From the IMG/VR virus record IMGVR_UViG_3300017613_001587: a DNA stretch of 44,531 nucleotides; one strand, 5' to 3'. Source of the stretch: a virus (taxonomy: Duplodnaviria; Heunggongvirae; Uroviricota; Caudoviricetes). A program made the position numbers and the translations under genes. The notes beneath the pieces are model-generated. The model was not told where the DNA came from. It did not search any database and saw nothing but the letters and a program-made list of their open reading frames with translations. Each line of letters opens with the position of its first letter. Position 1 is the stretch's first letter. Positions 1 to 9,018 of the stretch are shown here, in pieces.

Positions 1-2
1 AA

Positions 3-173
3 GATGTATGTTATGACGCCGAAGATCTAACTGAGCGTCTGGCCGAAGTAGTACCAGGCCGGAGCATCGGCGACCGTTTTGTTATTGCGGCCCATCGTGT
101 AGCAACTAACTCTTTCGTTATAGAGATGGATGACGGCTGCCAATTCAAGATGACCTGCGAGAAGCTCAACTGA
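3..173 (+). CDS. hypothetical protein, 5'-truncated (…DVCYDAEDL…CEKLN*)
   Basis: Open frame from the window edge to TGA at 171-173; co-directional with downstream genes. Confidence 0.6.
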   Translation, partial: DVCYDAEDLTERLAEVVPGRSIGDRFVIAAHRVATNSFVIEMDDGCQFKMTCEKLN

Positions 174-177
174 AGCC

Positions 178-201
178 CGGCGGGGGTTGGAGCCCCCGCC
201 G
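178..201 (+). other. GC-rich intergenic hairpin (no U-tract)
   Basis: CGGCGGGGG-ttggag-CCCCCGCCG, perfect 9-bp stem. Confidence 0.6.
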
Positions 202-218
202 CAACTTGAAGGGATGTT

Positions 219-1019
219 ATGAACTTCAAACATATTAAAGGGATGGTATGGGATAGGGACATACTCGTCCTTGGCGACCTTCATCATACTTGGCAGAAGC
301 CTAATATGCTAATTGCCAAGCATACACCTTCCATAGTTCTGCAGTGCGGCGATTTTGGCTGGTGGCCGAAATGGCATAAGACTACCCATGCATCTCATGG
401 TACATATAGAGTAGATCCAATGACTGGGATAAGGCGAGCAGCTCCGTTTAACCAATACGGCTTACGGCCCGGCAAAGCTAAAGTTTATTGGTGTCCTGGT
501 AATCATGAGGATTGGGAAGACCTAAATCGAAGAGCAGATTCTTTCAATCCAATCCACGTAGAAGTTTTTGATAATGTAATTTATATGCCCAGATGTGCAA
601 CTCTGATGTTGCCAGACGGCCGTAATGTGCTTTTCATGGGCGGGGCTTTATCAACAGACAAAGAATGGCGTAAATACCGCTATGATTGGTATCCTGAGGA
701 AGTAATCAACCAAGCGGATATTTACAATTTACCAGATGTTGATGTGGACATTGTTATAAGTCACACATCGCCAAGCTGGTTTAAACAGGAATTATTTGAT
801 AAATCTGATGATTGGCGACAATCTGATTCCTACTGGCTGGAGAAATTCAGAGACTCTTCCTGTTTAGCTCTGGATGTGGTTTGGGAGAAGTATAGACCAG
901 ATTTATGGTTTTTTGGACATTACCATATCTCCAAATTCGGTCAATATAGGAATACAAGGTGGTTTGCTCTGAATAAAGAGGCCAGCACTGGTTGGTGGAT
1001 GTTTCTACCGAAAGGATAA
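219..1019 (+). CDS. calcineurin-like metallophosphoesterase
   Basis: Motifs GDLH, CGDFG, PGNHE, SHT, GHYH in canonical order. Confidence 0.9.
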   Translation: MNFKHIKGMVWDRDILVLGDLHHTWQKPNMLIAKHTPSIVLQCGDFGWWPKWHKTTHASHGTYRVDPMTGIRRAAPFNQYGLRPGKAKVYWCPGNHEDWEDLNRRADSFNPIHVEVFDNVIYMPRCATLMLPDGRNVLFMGGALSTDKEWRKYRYDWYPEEVINQADIYNLPDVDVDIVISHTSPSWFKQELFDKSDDWRQSDSYWLEKFRDSSCLALDVVWEKYRPDLWFFGHYHISKFGQYRNTRWFALNKEASTGWWMFLPKG

Positions 1020-1045
1020 CGATGCTAATGATAATAAGGTTATAG

Positions 1046-1366
1046 ATGGTGATAGAAATGACAAACAAAGAACTATTCGCTCTAATTGAGGAATATGGCA
1101 CTGCTCGGGAAGAAATGGGCCGTTTGTCTGGTGCTGACAGGCATGATATGCTCATAAAGGCCTGTAAGCTTATAGCCAAGATAGAGCGGGAAATTCTACC
1201 AAGGCCTAAACCGGCAGAACACAAAGTATGTGTTAATTGTAGATGTGCTGACCATTCAGTCAGATACAGTGATTGGTGGTATTGCACTAATCCTGACAAT
1301 TTCAGAGATTTTACTGTTATAAGGAATGGCGTTAAAGCACCAGAATGGTGTAAAAACGGGGTGTAG
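1046..1366 (+). CDS. hypothetical protein with C-terminal Cys cluster (CVNC..C..C)
   Basis: ORF in operon context; start may be 1058. Confidence 0.65.
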   Translation: MVIEMTNKELFALIEEYGTAREEMGRLSGADRHDMLIKACKLIAKIEREILPRPKPAEHKVCVNCRCADHSVRYSDWWYCTNPDNFRDFTVIRNGVKAPEWCKNGV

Positions 1367-1433
1367 CGCAGTCTGGCAGCGCACCTGCTTTGGGAGCAGG
1401 GGGTCGGTGGTTCAAATCCACTCACCCCGACCA
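1357..1433 (+). tRNA. tRNA-Pro(TGG), CCA encoded
   Basis: Full cloverleaf; anticodon arm CCTGC-TT TGG GA-GCAGG; T loop TTCAAAT; ends ACCA. Confidence 0.97.
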
Positions 1434-1449
1434 TTAAAGGAGTTGGAAG

Positions 1450-1677
1450 ATGCACAGAGTAAAAGTCGAACCTGACGAGAACAAAGTAGAGCAATATAAA
1501 GAGGAATGTGCTAATCCGAAATGCACGGAGCCTGATAAGGCCACAAAAGGAAGAACTACCTGGCTGTATGGTCCGACATTTACCGGTCCCGTCTGTAAAT
1601 TCTGCCGGAAAAAGTTGGAAGGTAGAACAATGGTAAAATGGGCGTACGACCGGGTTAAGTACCATCTGGAGGCATAA
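1450..1677 (+). CDS. small Zn-ribbon protein (paralog of next ORF)
   Basis: CxxPxC and CxxC pairs; shares GR..V…YHLE C-terminus with 1677..1895. Confidence 0.75.
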   Translation: MHRVKVEPDENKVEQYKEECANPKCTEPDKATKGRTTWLYGPTFTGPVCKFCRKKLEGRTMVKWAYDRVKYHLEA

Positions 1678-1895
1678 TGACCAGAATCAAGATTAATAGG
1701 GGCAGATGGAAGCGAGAGGCTGTTATTCGCAACATTCTGATGGAAGATTGCCCAGATCCCGATTGTGGTAATACAGATCTGTTTTATCCAGAATTTATGC
1801 CTGATGCACACTGCCCTGATTGCAAAACCGACCTATTAGGCAGAGATCTCGTAGAAGGACATGGGAAACGTATTGCCTATCATTTGGAGGTATAA
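1677..1895 (+). CDS. small Zn-ribbon protein (paralog of previous ORF)
   Basis: CPDPDC and CPDC; TAATG coupling with both neighbours. Confidence 0.75.
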   Translation: MTRIKINRGRWKREAVIRNILMEDCPDPDCGNTDLFYPEFMPDAHCPDCKTDLLGRDLVEGHGKRIAYHLEV

Positions 1896-2401
1896 TGGCA
1901 TTAATTAGTGTTGATTTTTATGGCAGTCTCAACGAAGATGCTGATTTCTGGCAAGAATTCTTGGGGTATGTCGTAGAAGAGGGTCATAAAGTCTCCATTA
2001 TAACCGGCCCCTGGCCAAAAGACATTGCCGAGAAATTGGAATTTGCCGGATATGAGCTCGGTAAACACTATCATAACGTACATTCCATATTATGGTTTTT
2101 ATCCGAAATGGGTCTTGATATCTGGTATGACGAAGATCACGATTCTTGGTATTCAGCGGAATCGCCTTGGTGGCGGGCAAAAGCCCGAATATGCAAAAAT
2201 AACGGAATTAGCCTACATTTGGATAGTGACGATCGTTTCGCCGAAGCCTTTAAAACGGTACCAACCCGATTTGTCGATATCGGCAAAGATCCCGGAAAAG
2301 ACTTATTACGGAAATGGTACAATGAGCTTAAACAAGCGAATACGTACGAAGACTTCGAAGACGAGTATATGTACATGATGGGCGGATACGTGCCAATGTA
2401 G
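1895..2401 (+). CDS. HAD-superfamily-like protein with degenerate motif I
   Basis: SD GGAGGT and TAATG overlap favour start 1895 rather than 1820; ISVDFYGSL resembles hhhDxDGT, and LHLDSDD resembles motif IV. Confidence 0.55.
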   Translation: MALISVDFYGSLNEDADFWQEFLGYVVEEGHKVSIITGPWPKDIAEKLEFAGYELGKHYHNVHSILWFLSEMGLDIWYDEDHDSWYSAESPWWRAKARICKNNGISLHLDSDDRFAEAFKTVPTRFVDIGKDPGKDLLRKWYNELKQANTYEDFEDEYMYMMGGYVPM

Positions 2402-2402
2402 C

Positions 2403-2427
2403 ATCGTGGTCGAACATCATGGTCGAA
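2403..2427 (+). promoter_or_regulatory. tandem 12-bp motif ATC(G/A)TGGTCGAA x2, 13-nt period
   Basis: Intergenic; same tandem at 11326-11350 and a single variant at 30335-30346. Confidence 0.6.
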
Positions 2428-2471
2428 AGAAAATCTAAAATCAAGAAAAAAAATAGCATAGGATACGAAAA

Positions 2472-2897
2472 ATGTACAAGCCTCTAAGTGATGAGGTCAT
2501 GCGGCAGCTGGAGGACGTCGGCGACGTGGTGATCACAATCAAGCCTGGATGGGAGACCTCTGGGCAGTGGACAGCTAAGCCTGCCTACATAAATTATTAT
2601 CGTGGTACTATGGGCGAACGTATCTTCAGATGTTATTATGATGAGTCCGGTGATACCTTATCGATAACCCACGTAGAGGCCACTAAGATGATAGGAGACA
2701 AGAAAGCGCTTGTTGATGGCTACTTGTTCGTGGCCCTTAAAGGATTGATAAATCACGCCAGCAGCAATGGTAAGAAAAGATTGATTGTTGAATCGTATAT
2801 TCCGGCCATCGCAGATCATATGTTAGATTTAGGGTTCTCATTACAACCTAAAGGGCTACAGCCCGGCGGCTACGGCTGCAAACTACTTAAGGAATGA
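2472..2897 (+). CDS. hypothetical protein (weak GNAT-like C-terminal pattern)
   Basis: ORF in operon context; fold guess is weak. Confidence 0.6.
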   Translation: MYKPLSDEVMRQLEDVGDVVITIKPGWETSGQWTAKPAYINYYRGTMGERIFRCYYDESGDTLSITHVEATKMIGDKKALVDGYLFVALKGLINHASSNGKKRLIVESYIPAIADHMLDLGFSLQPKGLQPGGYGCKLLKE

Positions 2898-2898
2898 T

Positions 2899-3717
2899 AT
2901 GGAAAAGACTACCCTCGATATTGAGCTAGTACAGAATGATTTCAGTTATATGTTGCAAAGAAGCGACAGTTTTAAAGAGCCACTATTTACTTTTACCACA
3001 CGCCCCAGACTCGGCAAGGTAAAGTGTAAAATGAGCATGGTTTACTGCCGTGAAAGCTTTTGTGAATACTTACGTCAGGATTTGAGGAAGGTTACTCACA
3101 ATAAGATCATCACCACCAGGCTACACATGGGAGTTTATCGCCGGGTTCCGATGACTAAATACTTTGAGAAGCACAAAATAACCTTCAGAAATCAGGTACT
3201 GGCTGCTCAGGCAATGGCTAATGCTGTCGAAAAGCACTACGGCTGGCCATTAACTAAGGTATATCCTGCTGTTCCAACTAAGGAACAGAGTGGAGTACAG
3301 GAGGGTAACCTATTTTACTATGTTAACGCCAGCAAACGGTGGATGAAGTCCCCGGCCATGCTGTCCCTCTTTACCTTGTTCTTCCGTATTGCCAGTCATG
3401 ATGGTAAGTTTAAATTTCATACCCGAATAAAGGATATCGATTCCTTTTATGATGTTCTACGCTCTGCTGCCAGCAAAAGCGACTATTCTGAGATGTATTA
3501 CGTCAGCACACATAGTAGCCTTTGGCCGGTGGTGCTGGACAATTACGATAAACTATTCGGTAAGAGGACTATGAAGAGTTTGTATCAGCCGGATGCTGGC
3601 AATTATTATTTCTCTGAGGGTATCAACAGACTCTGTGACGGCGACTCTAATGACAACAAACTTAGAGTAGCCTTTAATAAGATCCTGAAGAAGGAAAGAA
3701 AGCATTTAATGTCATGA
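2899..3717 (+). CDS. uncharacterised protein, paralog family A (with 6194..7192 and 7155..8090)
   Basis: Shared motifs CR[DE][SFY], W..[SG/T].[AP].M…[LF].RI and [SE]GI..L. Confidence 0.8.
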   Translation: MEKTTLDIELVQNDFSYMLQRSDSFKEPLFTFTTRPRLGKVKCKMSMVYCRESFCEYLRQDLRKVTHNKIITTRLHMGVYRRVPMTKYFEKHKITFRNQVLAAQAMANAVEKHYGWPLTKVYPAVPTKEQSGVQEGNLFYYVNASKRWMKSPAMLSLFTLFFRIASHDGKFKFHTRIKDIDSFYDVLRSAASKSDYSEMYYVSTHSSLWPVVLDNYDKLFGKRTMKSLYQPDAGNYYFSEGINRLCDGDSNDNKLRVAFNKILKKERKHLMS

Positions 3718-4187
3718 TATCAATTTCTGGTGAGAAATGTCCCAGCTGTGGGAAAGAAACCATCCTATACTCTGCTAAGATGGCTCACAAGGCCAGGTGC
3801 TTGTCTTGTCAGCGTAAGTGGCACCCACCATGGATGACGCTGGTGAAGTTCTCTCAGGGCAGCGTCAAGCAGCTCTGGAACCTAGAAATAGGCCAGTATG
3901 AAACCTTCGATAGGGTGGAGGACCTATCGTTATGTGACTGGTCGGTAAAATGCAGACAAGATACATTATATAGCCGAGTACCAAAGATAAGAGCAACTGT
4001 CTACCATTTAAATTATTATGGTGATATTCCTTGCGGACGTTGTTATAAATACCCATACTTTGAGCCGGGCCAAGAGTGCCTGTCGCAAGCGTGCCAACCG
4101 TTTGCTAAAGCACGGCGGCATGAATGTGAAATACAATATCCCCCTGAAAGGAGCAAGTACATACAATGGACGACAAACCTCTATTAA
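3714..4187 (+). CDS. Cys-rich Zn-finger protein
   Basis: CPSC, CLSC, CGRC; ATGA overlap with upstream gene. Confidence 0.65.
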   Translation: MISISGEKCPSCGKETILYSAKMAHKARCLSCQRKWHPPWMTLVKFSQGSVKQLWNLEIGQYETFDRVEDLSLCDWSVKCRQDTLYSRVPKIRATVYHLNYYGDIPCGRCYKYPYFEPGQECLSQACQPFAKARRHECEIQYPPERSKYIQWTTNLY

Positions 4188-4996
4188 AAGACAAAGGCGA
4201 AGTACCGGCACCTCCCGAGAAACGAATCATCAAGGAGGATGTACCGAAACGTAAGATCCTACGCTTCATGGAGCGTGGAGTTTACATCATTGCTATCATG
4301 GGCCTGGCAGTAACGTTGATGTTTGGTTGGGCCGAGCACAAAGACAAACTGAACATTGCCGAACAACGCTGGGAAGAGGTCAGTAAATCCATGCTCAAGG
4401 CCGCGGCCAAGTCCACTGAGTTGGCCAATAAAAACAGCGTACTCGAAGAGAAGTTAGCCACACTCAAGAACAAAGAAGATCTATCCCGCCGGGATCTAGA
4501 GGCATACATCCTCAAGAAATATAGGGTTATACCTCAGGTAGTGGCAAAGGAAGTGTCTGCACAGGTTGTAGCACTAACCAAGGAAGAGGGAGTTCCCTTT
4601 TCACTTATCGTGGGGCTCATTGAAGTCGAGTCTCAGTTCAAGCCATGGGCAATCAGCAAAAAGGATGCCCGTGGTCTCATGCAAGTGATGCCTTTCTGGA
4701 TCAAGAAGAAGAAAGAGATAGGCATGGAACTCAGCAGTAAATACGACCTGCATGATGTCGAAACAAACATCAAGGCTGGTATTCAGGTATTCAAATACCA
4801 CCTGAAGGAGGCCAAGAATGATATTAACCAGGGTTTATACCTGTACGTGGGGAAAGATAGTACCTATGCTAATAAGGTATTCAACGCGATGGGGCGTTTC
4901 GAAGTCTTCCGCTCGACACTTGATACTACTCTCCGAGCTGGCGAGAATCAAGAGGAGCTCAAGAACGCGCAAACGTCTGCGAAGAAAGGCTCGTGA
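4166..4996 (+). CDS. membrane-anchored lytic transglycosylase (SLT domain)
   Basis: N-terminal hydrophobic helix and coiled coil, then IEVESQF, ARGLMQVMP and D.ETNI..G motifs. Confidence 0.9.
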   Translation: MDDKPLLKDKGEVPAPPEKRIIKEDVPKRKILRFMERGVYIIAIMGLAVTLMFGWAEHKDKLNIAEQRWEEVSKSMLKAAAKSTELANKNSVLEEKLATLKNKEDLSRRDLEAYILKKYRVIPQVVAKEVSAQVVALTKEEGVPFSLIVGLIEVESQFKPWAISKKDARGLMQVMPFWIKKKKEIGMELSSKYDLHDVETNIKAGIQVFKYHLKEAKNDINQGLYLYVGKDSTYANKVFNAMGRFEVFRSTLDTTLRAGENQEELKNAQTSAKKGS

Positions 4997-6246
4997 TGCT
5001 TAAGATACAGGAGTTCATCAACTGCTTCGACTCTATGGAGGAAGCTGCCTTATACCTTCACCGAAACCTAAAGGTTGAGTCGTATGCTATAAAGATGCAG
5101 GAAGGGTATTCTGTATGGCATTTCAAAGCTACTCAGAAAGCAGATTTTAATGACCCTATCGTACGAGAAGCACACTGTCTCATATTATATGACGACGGTG
5201 ATATCCTTGCTCGTGCCTGGCCTCGTCCTTATATGGTAAATACTTCCTCGGAACTACCTGATCATTTTAACATGACTGGGGCTATCTGCGAAGAGATACC
5301 TGATGGTAGTATAGTAGTAGTATATAATATAGAAGGTGAGTGGCACATAGGTACTACTGATAGCTTCGATGGTGATGATTACTTTCCAGGGATGGAGTTA
5401 CCTGCTCTTACTTACGAACATGAGATCAAAGCTCTGCTGGCTCGTAGAAATGGCAACAGATGGAGCAGGCCCTTCGATAATACCAATCCATACATGTGCT
5501 TTGTGTTCTCGTATGTATCACCTTATCTTAATAAGGTTATGCCTGTACTAACACCTGACCTGTATCTTATGGCAGTTATCAACAATGAGGCAAACATCGA
5601 GCTGACTAACGGTTTAGTCGAGAGCCTGGCTCAGAAGATGGATGTCTCGAGACCTAACTGGTCTGAGATTAACGGTGCTACCTCTCTTACCACAAGGCTT
5701 TACAATATGCGTGCTCTTGTGCCCGGCCTGATGCTGCGGGACAAGAATGACAATAGAATACAGATAGTTAATCCTATATATAACGCTGTCAAAGCAGCTA
5801 AAGAGGCAGGAGACAGAGTGAGGCCCAGTCATATCGCCAAGATACTACAACAGTGTCGGGATAAGGCGGACGTGGCGGCAGTCTCAGCAACTTATCCAGG
5901 ATTCGGAGATCTTCTGGAGTTGTTATTTAATGTAAGGGAAGAGCTGTACAGTGAGCTGATGATACTCTGGAACACTGCCAAGGATGAGAGACGACCAGCT
6001 GAATTTGCCAAGCTGGTGATGCATCATCCATTAAACTATTTAATGTTCATGTTCAGAGACAATGCTATCACTTCATTCAAAGATGCATTGGCTGAACTCA
6101 AACCCATAAAACTAACCCGCTTGGCGCGTAACAAATGGGAGAAGCAGTTTGACCAAGCAGAACGACTAATTAAATTCTCAGGAGGTAATCCAAATGGCGT
6201 TGAAAAAGAAGACGGCAGCATCCCCTTCTGCCAAGAAGGCGACTAA
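4993..6246 (+). CDS. T4 Rnl1-like RNA ligase homolog, catalytic residues substituted
   Basis: DP..RE..LI..D..ILAR.WP, EEIPDGS (for KxDGS), YN..GEWH.GT, PGLMLRD (for EG.V..D). Confidence 0.65.
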   Translation: MMLKIQEFINCFDSMEEAALYLHRNLKVESYAIKMQEGYSVWHFKATQKADFNDPIVREAHCLILYDDGDILARAWPRPYMVNTSSELPDHFNMTGAICEEIPDGSIVVVYNIEGEWHIGTTDSFDGDDYFPGMELPALTYEHEIKALLARRNGNRWSRPFDNTNPYMCFVFSYVSPYLNKVMPVLTPDLYLMAVINNEANIELTNGLVESLAQKMDVSRPNWSEINGATSLTTRLYNMRALVPGLMLRDKNDNRIQIVNPIYNAVKAAKEAGDRVRPSHIAKILQQCRDKADVAAVSATYPGFGDLLELLFNVREELYSELMILWNTAKDERRPAEFAKLVMHHPLNYLMFMFRDNAITSFKDALAELKPIKLTRLARNKWEKQFDQAERLIKFSGGNPNGVEKEDGSIPFCQEGD

Positions 6247-7192
6247 GAAGAAACCCATTGGCCTTGGGGCCAAGTTCGCAGAGGAAGCAGTGAAGAAAGT
6301 TGCTTCCAAAAAGAAAGCTACCCCGGCCAAGAAGGCTGCCGCGAAGGCACCGGCTAAGGCCGCCCCAGTTAAGAAGGCTGCCAAGGCCGCAGCTGGATCT
6401 GATACCGTAGATTTTTCCTTGTATCCGACCATAAGCTACGCCGAGGAATACCAGGTAACAGGATTCCATTACGCGTTCCTATCACCGGACAATAAGATGT
6501 GTCATCATTGGATCAAATGCAGGGACTTCCTGCAAGATGCCCTTCGGAATCAATTGACGGGCCGCAACGATGCCATCTATAGCTTCGCCTATAGACCAGG
6601 CAAAGATCCTGAAGTACCCACCGATGTCACTCGTATGCTGGTGAAGCGTATTCCGACACCCAGCACCGACGCTGCCAAGAAAGAGTTCGATGAGATGATG
6701 CAGGCAGCTCTGAATCTGGTCAATTACTACGAGGAAGCTCACAATTTGGGGTCTCCCTCCACCATGATGAGGGCAACTCACCCCGGCACCGATCAGTACG
6801 TCTATCTGTTCAGTGGACCAGGTATCTGGTCGCAGGGTGCAATAATGATCGCCATCTATACCTTTCTCATTCGTATCGGGTTCTTCAGACCCAAGTTCAA
6901 GGACGAGAAGACTCTAATGGCCGAGTACGAACGCATCATCAAAGACAAAAGCGCTTCCAACGATACCAGATACCTGAAGACAGTCTATAAGAATCTTCAC
7001 CCGGCGCTGGAACACCTTGATAAACACCTGTTCAAGAAGCCTGGTCATAAGAAAGGCGACAAGGTTCTGTTTCACGACAGTCCGATGAACAGTTTCCATC
7101 ATCACTCCGGGATAGTTTCACTGTCCCAGGGTAATACGCCTGAAAAAGGTCTCAATGAAACGTTTCGCAAGATTTTTTCTGCAGGAAAGTAA
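6194..7192 (+). CDS. uncharacterised protein, paralog family A, with Lys/Ala/Pro-rich N-terminal tail
   Basis: Strong SD GGAGGT; CRDFLQD, IWSQGAIMIAIYTFLIRI, FHHHSGIVSL. Confidence 0.85.
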   Translation: MALKKKTAASPSAKKATKKKPIGLGAKFAEEAVKKVASKKKATPAKKAAAKAPAKAAPVKKAAKAAAGSDTVDFSLYPTISYAEEYQVTGFHYAFLSPDNKMCHHWIKCRDFLQDALRNQLTGRNDAIYSFAYRPGKDPEVPTDVTRMLVKRIPTPSTDAAKKEFDEMMQAALNLVNYYEEAHNLGSPSTMMRATHPGTDQYVYLFSGPGIWSQGAIMIAIYTFLIRIGFFRPKFKDEKTLMAEYERIIKDKSASNDTRYLKTVYKNLHPALEHLDKHLFKKPGHKKGDKVLFHDSPMNSFHHHSGIVSLSQGNTPEKGLNETFRKIFSAGK

Positions 7193-8090
7193 GTTTCTTT
7201 ATGAAACTGATATAAAATCTGTGTTAAGGTTCGTTCACAGAGTATTTGTGAGGAAGGCTGAGGATGACAAACGCCCTCGTGATCCTCGGCCTACACTCAT
7301 ACCACACCCTGGCCAACCGGTGGGGTATGTATACAACCCGATACAGTTTGCTCTATTGAGCAAGGACCGCAGAATTATCAACAATCCCACGCATTGTAGA
7401 GACTACATGAATGACGCTATAAGATATCATGTGTCTGGTATGCACTCTGCTCACTGCAACCACCAATGGCCTGGCGAGCTAGACATGCATAAACTACGCA
7501 TGGTCTTCTTCTATGATGTTAGTGAGTGGGAACACATTAATGTGTTTGATGGGATAAAGAATGGCGTGCGTTTGGCAAACATGTATGGGCGTGTGGCTGG
7601 CTGGTCGCCGTTGCGACTGGTGCGTGCTAAAATACCATACGAAAAGAATGACAAGACTTACGAGAAGGAGTGTTATGTTCTTGTAGGAGACAGGAACTGG
7701 CAAAGGACACCACAATATATGTCTATGCTAATACTATTAATTCGTATTTGTATAGTGCATGAAGTACCAAAATGGATAACGGATGCTTATGCCCTGACTG
7801 GATACTGGTATGAGTTTCTGTATAACACCGACACCAAAGATAGGCCTAGTAACTCCGACATAAATACGTTTCTGGCCAATAGTTATGATCACATGCTAGT
7901 GATGATGACACACGACAGGGAAATCTTCCCTGGTAATATGCTCGGCAACTTCAGTAGCAAGTTGGACAACTTTCACAACAAGAGTGGGATCAACTCACTC
8001 ATTAATAAGTCTGGTTGTCATCCCGAGTCGGCTAAGAAACTATCACATTATTATGCAACGGAGGTACTAAAATATGGCAGATCAGACTAA
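7155..8090 (+). CDS. uncharacterised protein, paralog family A
   Basis: CRDYMND, WQRTPQYMSMLILLIRI, FHNKSGINSL; start uncertain. Confidence 0.75.
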   Translation: MKRFARFFLQESKFLYETDIKSVLRFVHRVFVRKAEDDKRPRDPRPTLIPHPGQPVGYVYNPIQFALLSKDRRIINNPTHCRDYMNDAIRYHVSGMHSAHCNHQWPGELDMHKLRMVFFYDVSEWEHINVFDGIKNGVRLANMYGRVAGWSPLRLVRAKIPYEKNDKTYEKECYVLVGDRNWQRTPQYMSMLILLIRICIVHEVPKWITDAYALTGYWYEFLYNTDTKDRPSNSDINTFLANSYDHMLVMMTHDREIFPGNMLGNFSSKLDNFHNKSGINSLINKSGCHPESAKKLSHYYATEVLKYGRSD

Positions 8091-8994
8091 GATTACGATT
8101 GGTACTGATCCCGAGTTCTTCCTGAAGAAAGGCGACGAATATGTCTCCTCTCAGACCGCTAAGATTGAAGGCACCAAGCACGAGCCTGTTGCCCTGAAGA
8201 ATGGCGGTACGATACAGAGAGACAATGTGGCTGTCGAATTTGCCACTGTCCCCGCCAAGACCAGGGAAGGATTTGTGGAGAAGGTAAGGTCCTGCCTGAG
8301 GGATGCACATGAGATGCTTCCTGAAGGACATGAGATGGTTGTAGAACCATCCGCAACGTTCGGCGAGACTCAACTCACCGACCCGGAAGCCCAGGAGTTT
8401 GGATGTGATCCAGACTTCAATGCCTACACCGTGTCGATGAATGAGAAACCATGGTGTGGCGACTCCACCTTCCGATCTTGCGGTGCTCATATACATGTAG
8501 GTTGTCTTGACGATGATGGTACTCCCATCAAAGGTCTGGAGTTCCTGCTTGAATTTGATGGTAAGATCAGTGCCGTTAAGGCAATGGATCTATTCCACGG
8601 TATTGTTTCTACCGTGCTGGATAATTCCGAGGCTTCTGTTCGAAGACGGGAGCTGTACGGTAAGGCGGGCTGTCATCGGCCTACCGATTACGGTGTCGAG
8701 TACAGGGTGCTGTCCAACTACTGGATGAAGTCCCCTGAACTTGTCATGCTCATGGATGCGCTGACGAGAGACGCCATGGCACTAATTGCATCCGGTAAAC
8801 TCCAGGGAGTTATTGACCTGGTTGGGGAAGATGAGCTGCAAAACACCATCAACGATGGTAATGTACCAGCAGCCCAGAAGATCGTAGACAACTACGTGCT
8901 GCCCAACATCTCCACGGAGACGATGGACTACTACCAGATGTGTACAGAAAACCTGCCCAAATACAAATCCGTTAAGGAAGAGTGGGGCATATAA
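8074..8994 (+). CDS. phiEco32-like COOH.NH2 ligase type 2
   Basis: IGTDPEFF, DNVAVEF, FGCDPD, RSCGAHIHVG, RPTDYGVEYRVLSN. Confidence 0.9.
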   Translation: MADQTKITIGTDPEFFLKKGDEYVSSQTAKIEGTKHEPVALKNGGTIQRDNVAVEFATVPAKTREGFVEKVRSCLRDAHEMLPEGHEMVVEPSATFGETQLTDPEAQEFGCDPDFNAYTVSMNEKPWCGDSTFRSCGAHIHVGCLDDDGTPIKGLEFLLEFDGKISAVKAMDLFHGIVSTVLDNSEASVRRRELYGKAGCHRPTDYGVEYRVLSNYWMKSPELVMLMDALTRDAMALIASGKLQGVIDLVGEDELQNTINDGNVPAAQKIVDNYVLPNISTETMDYYQMCTENLPKYKSVKEEWGI

Positions 8995-9018
8995 TCTACC
9001 TTAGGAGGTACATAAACC

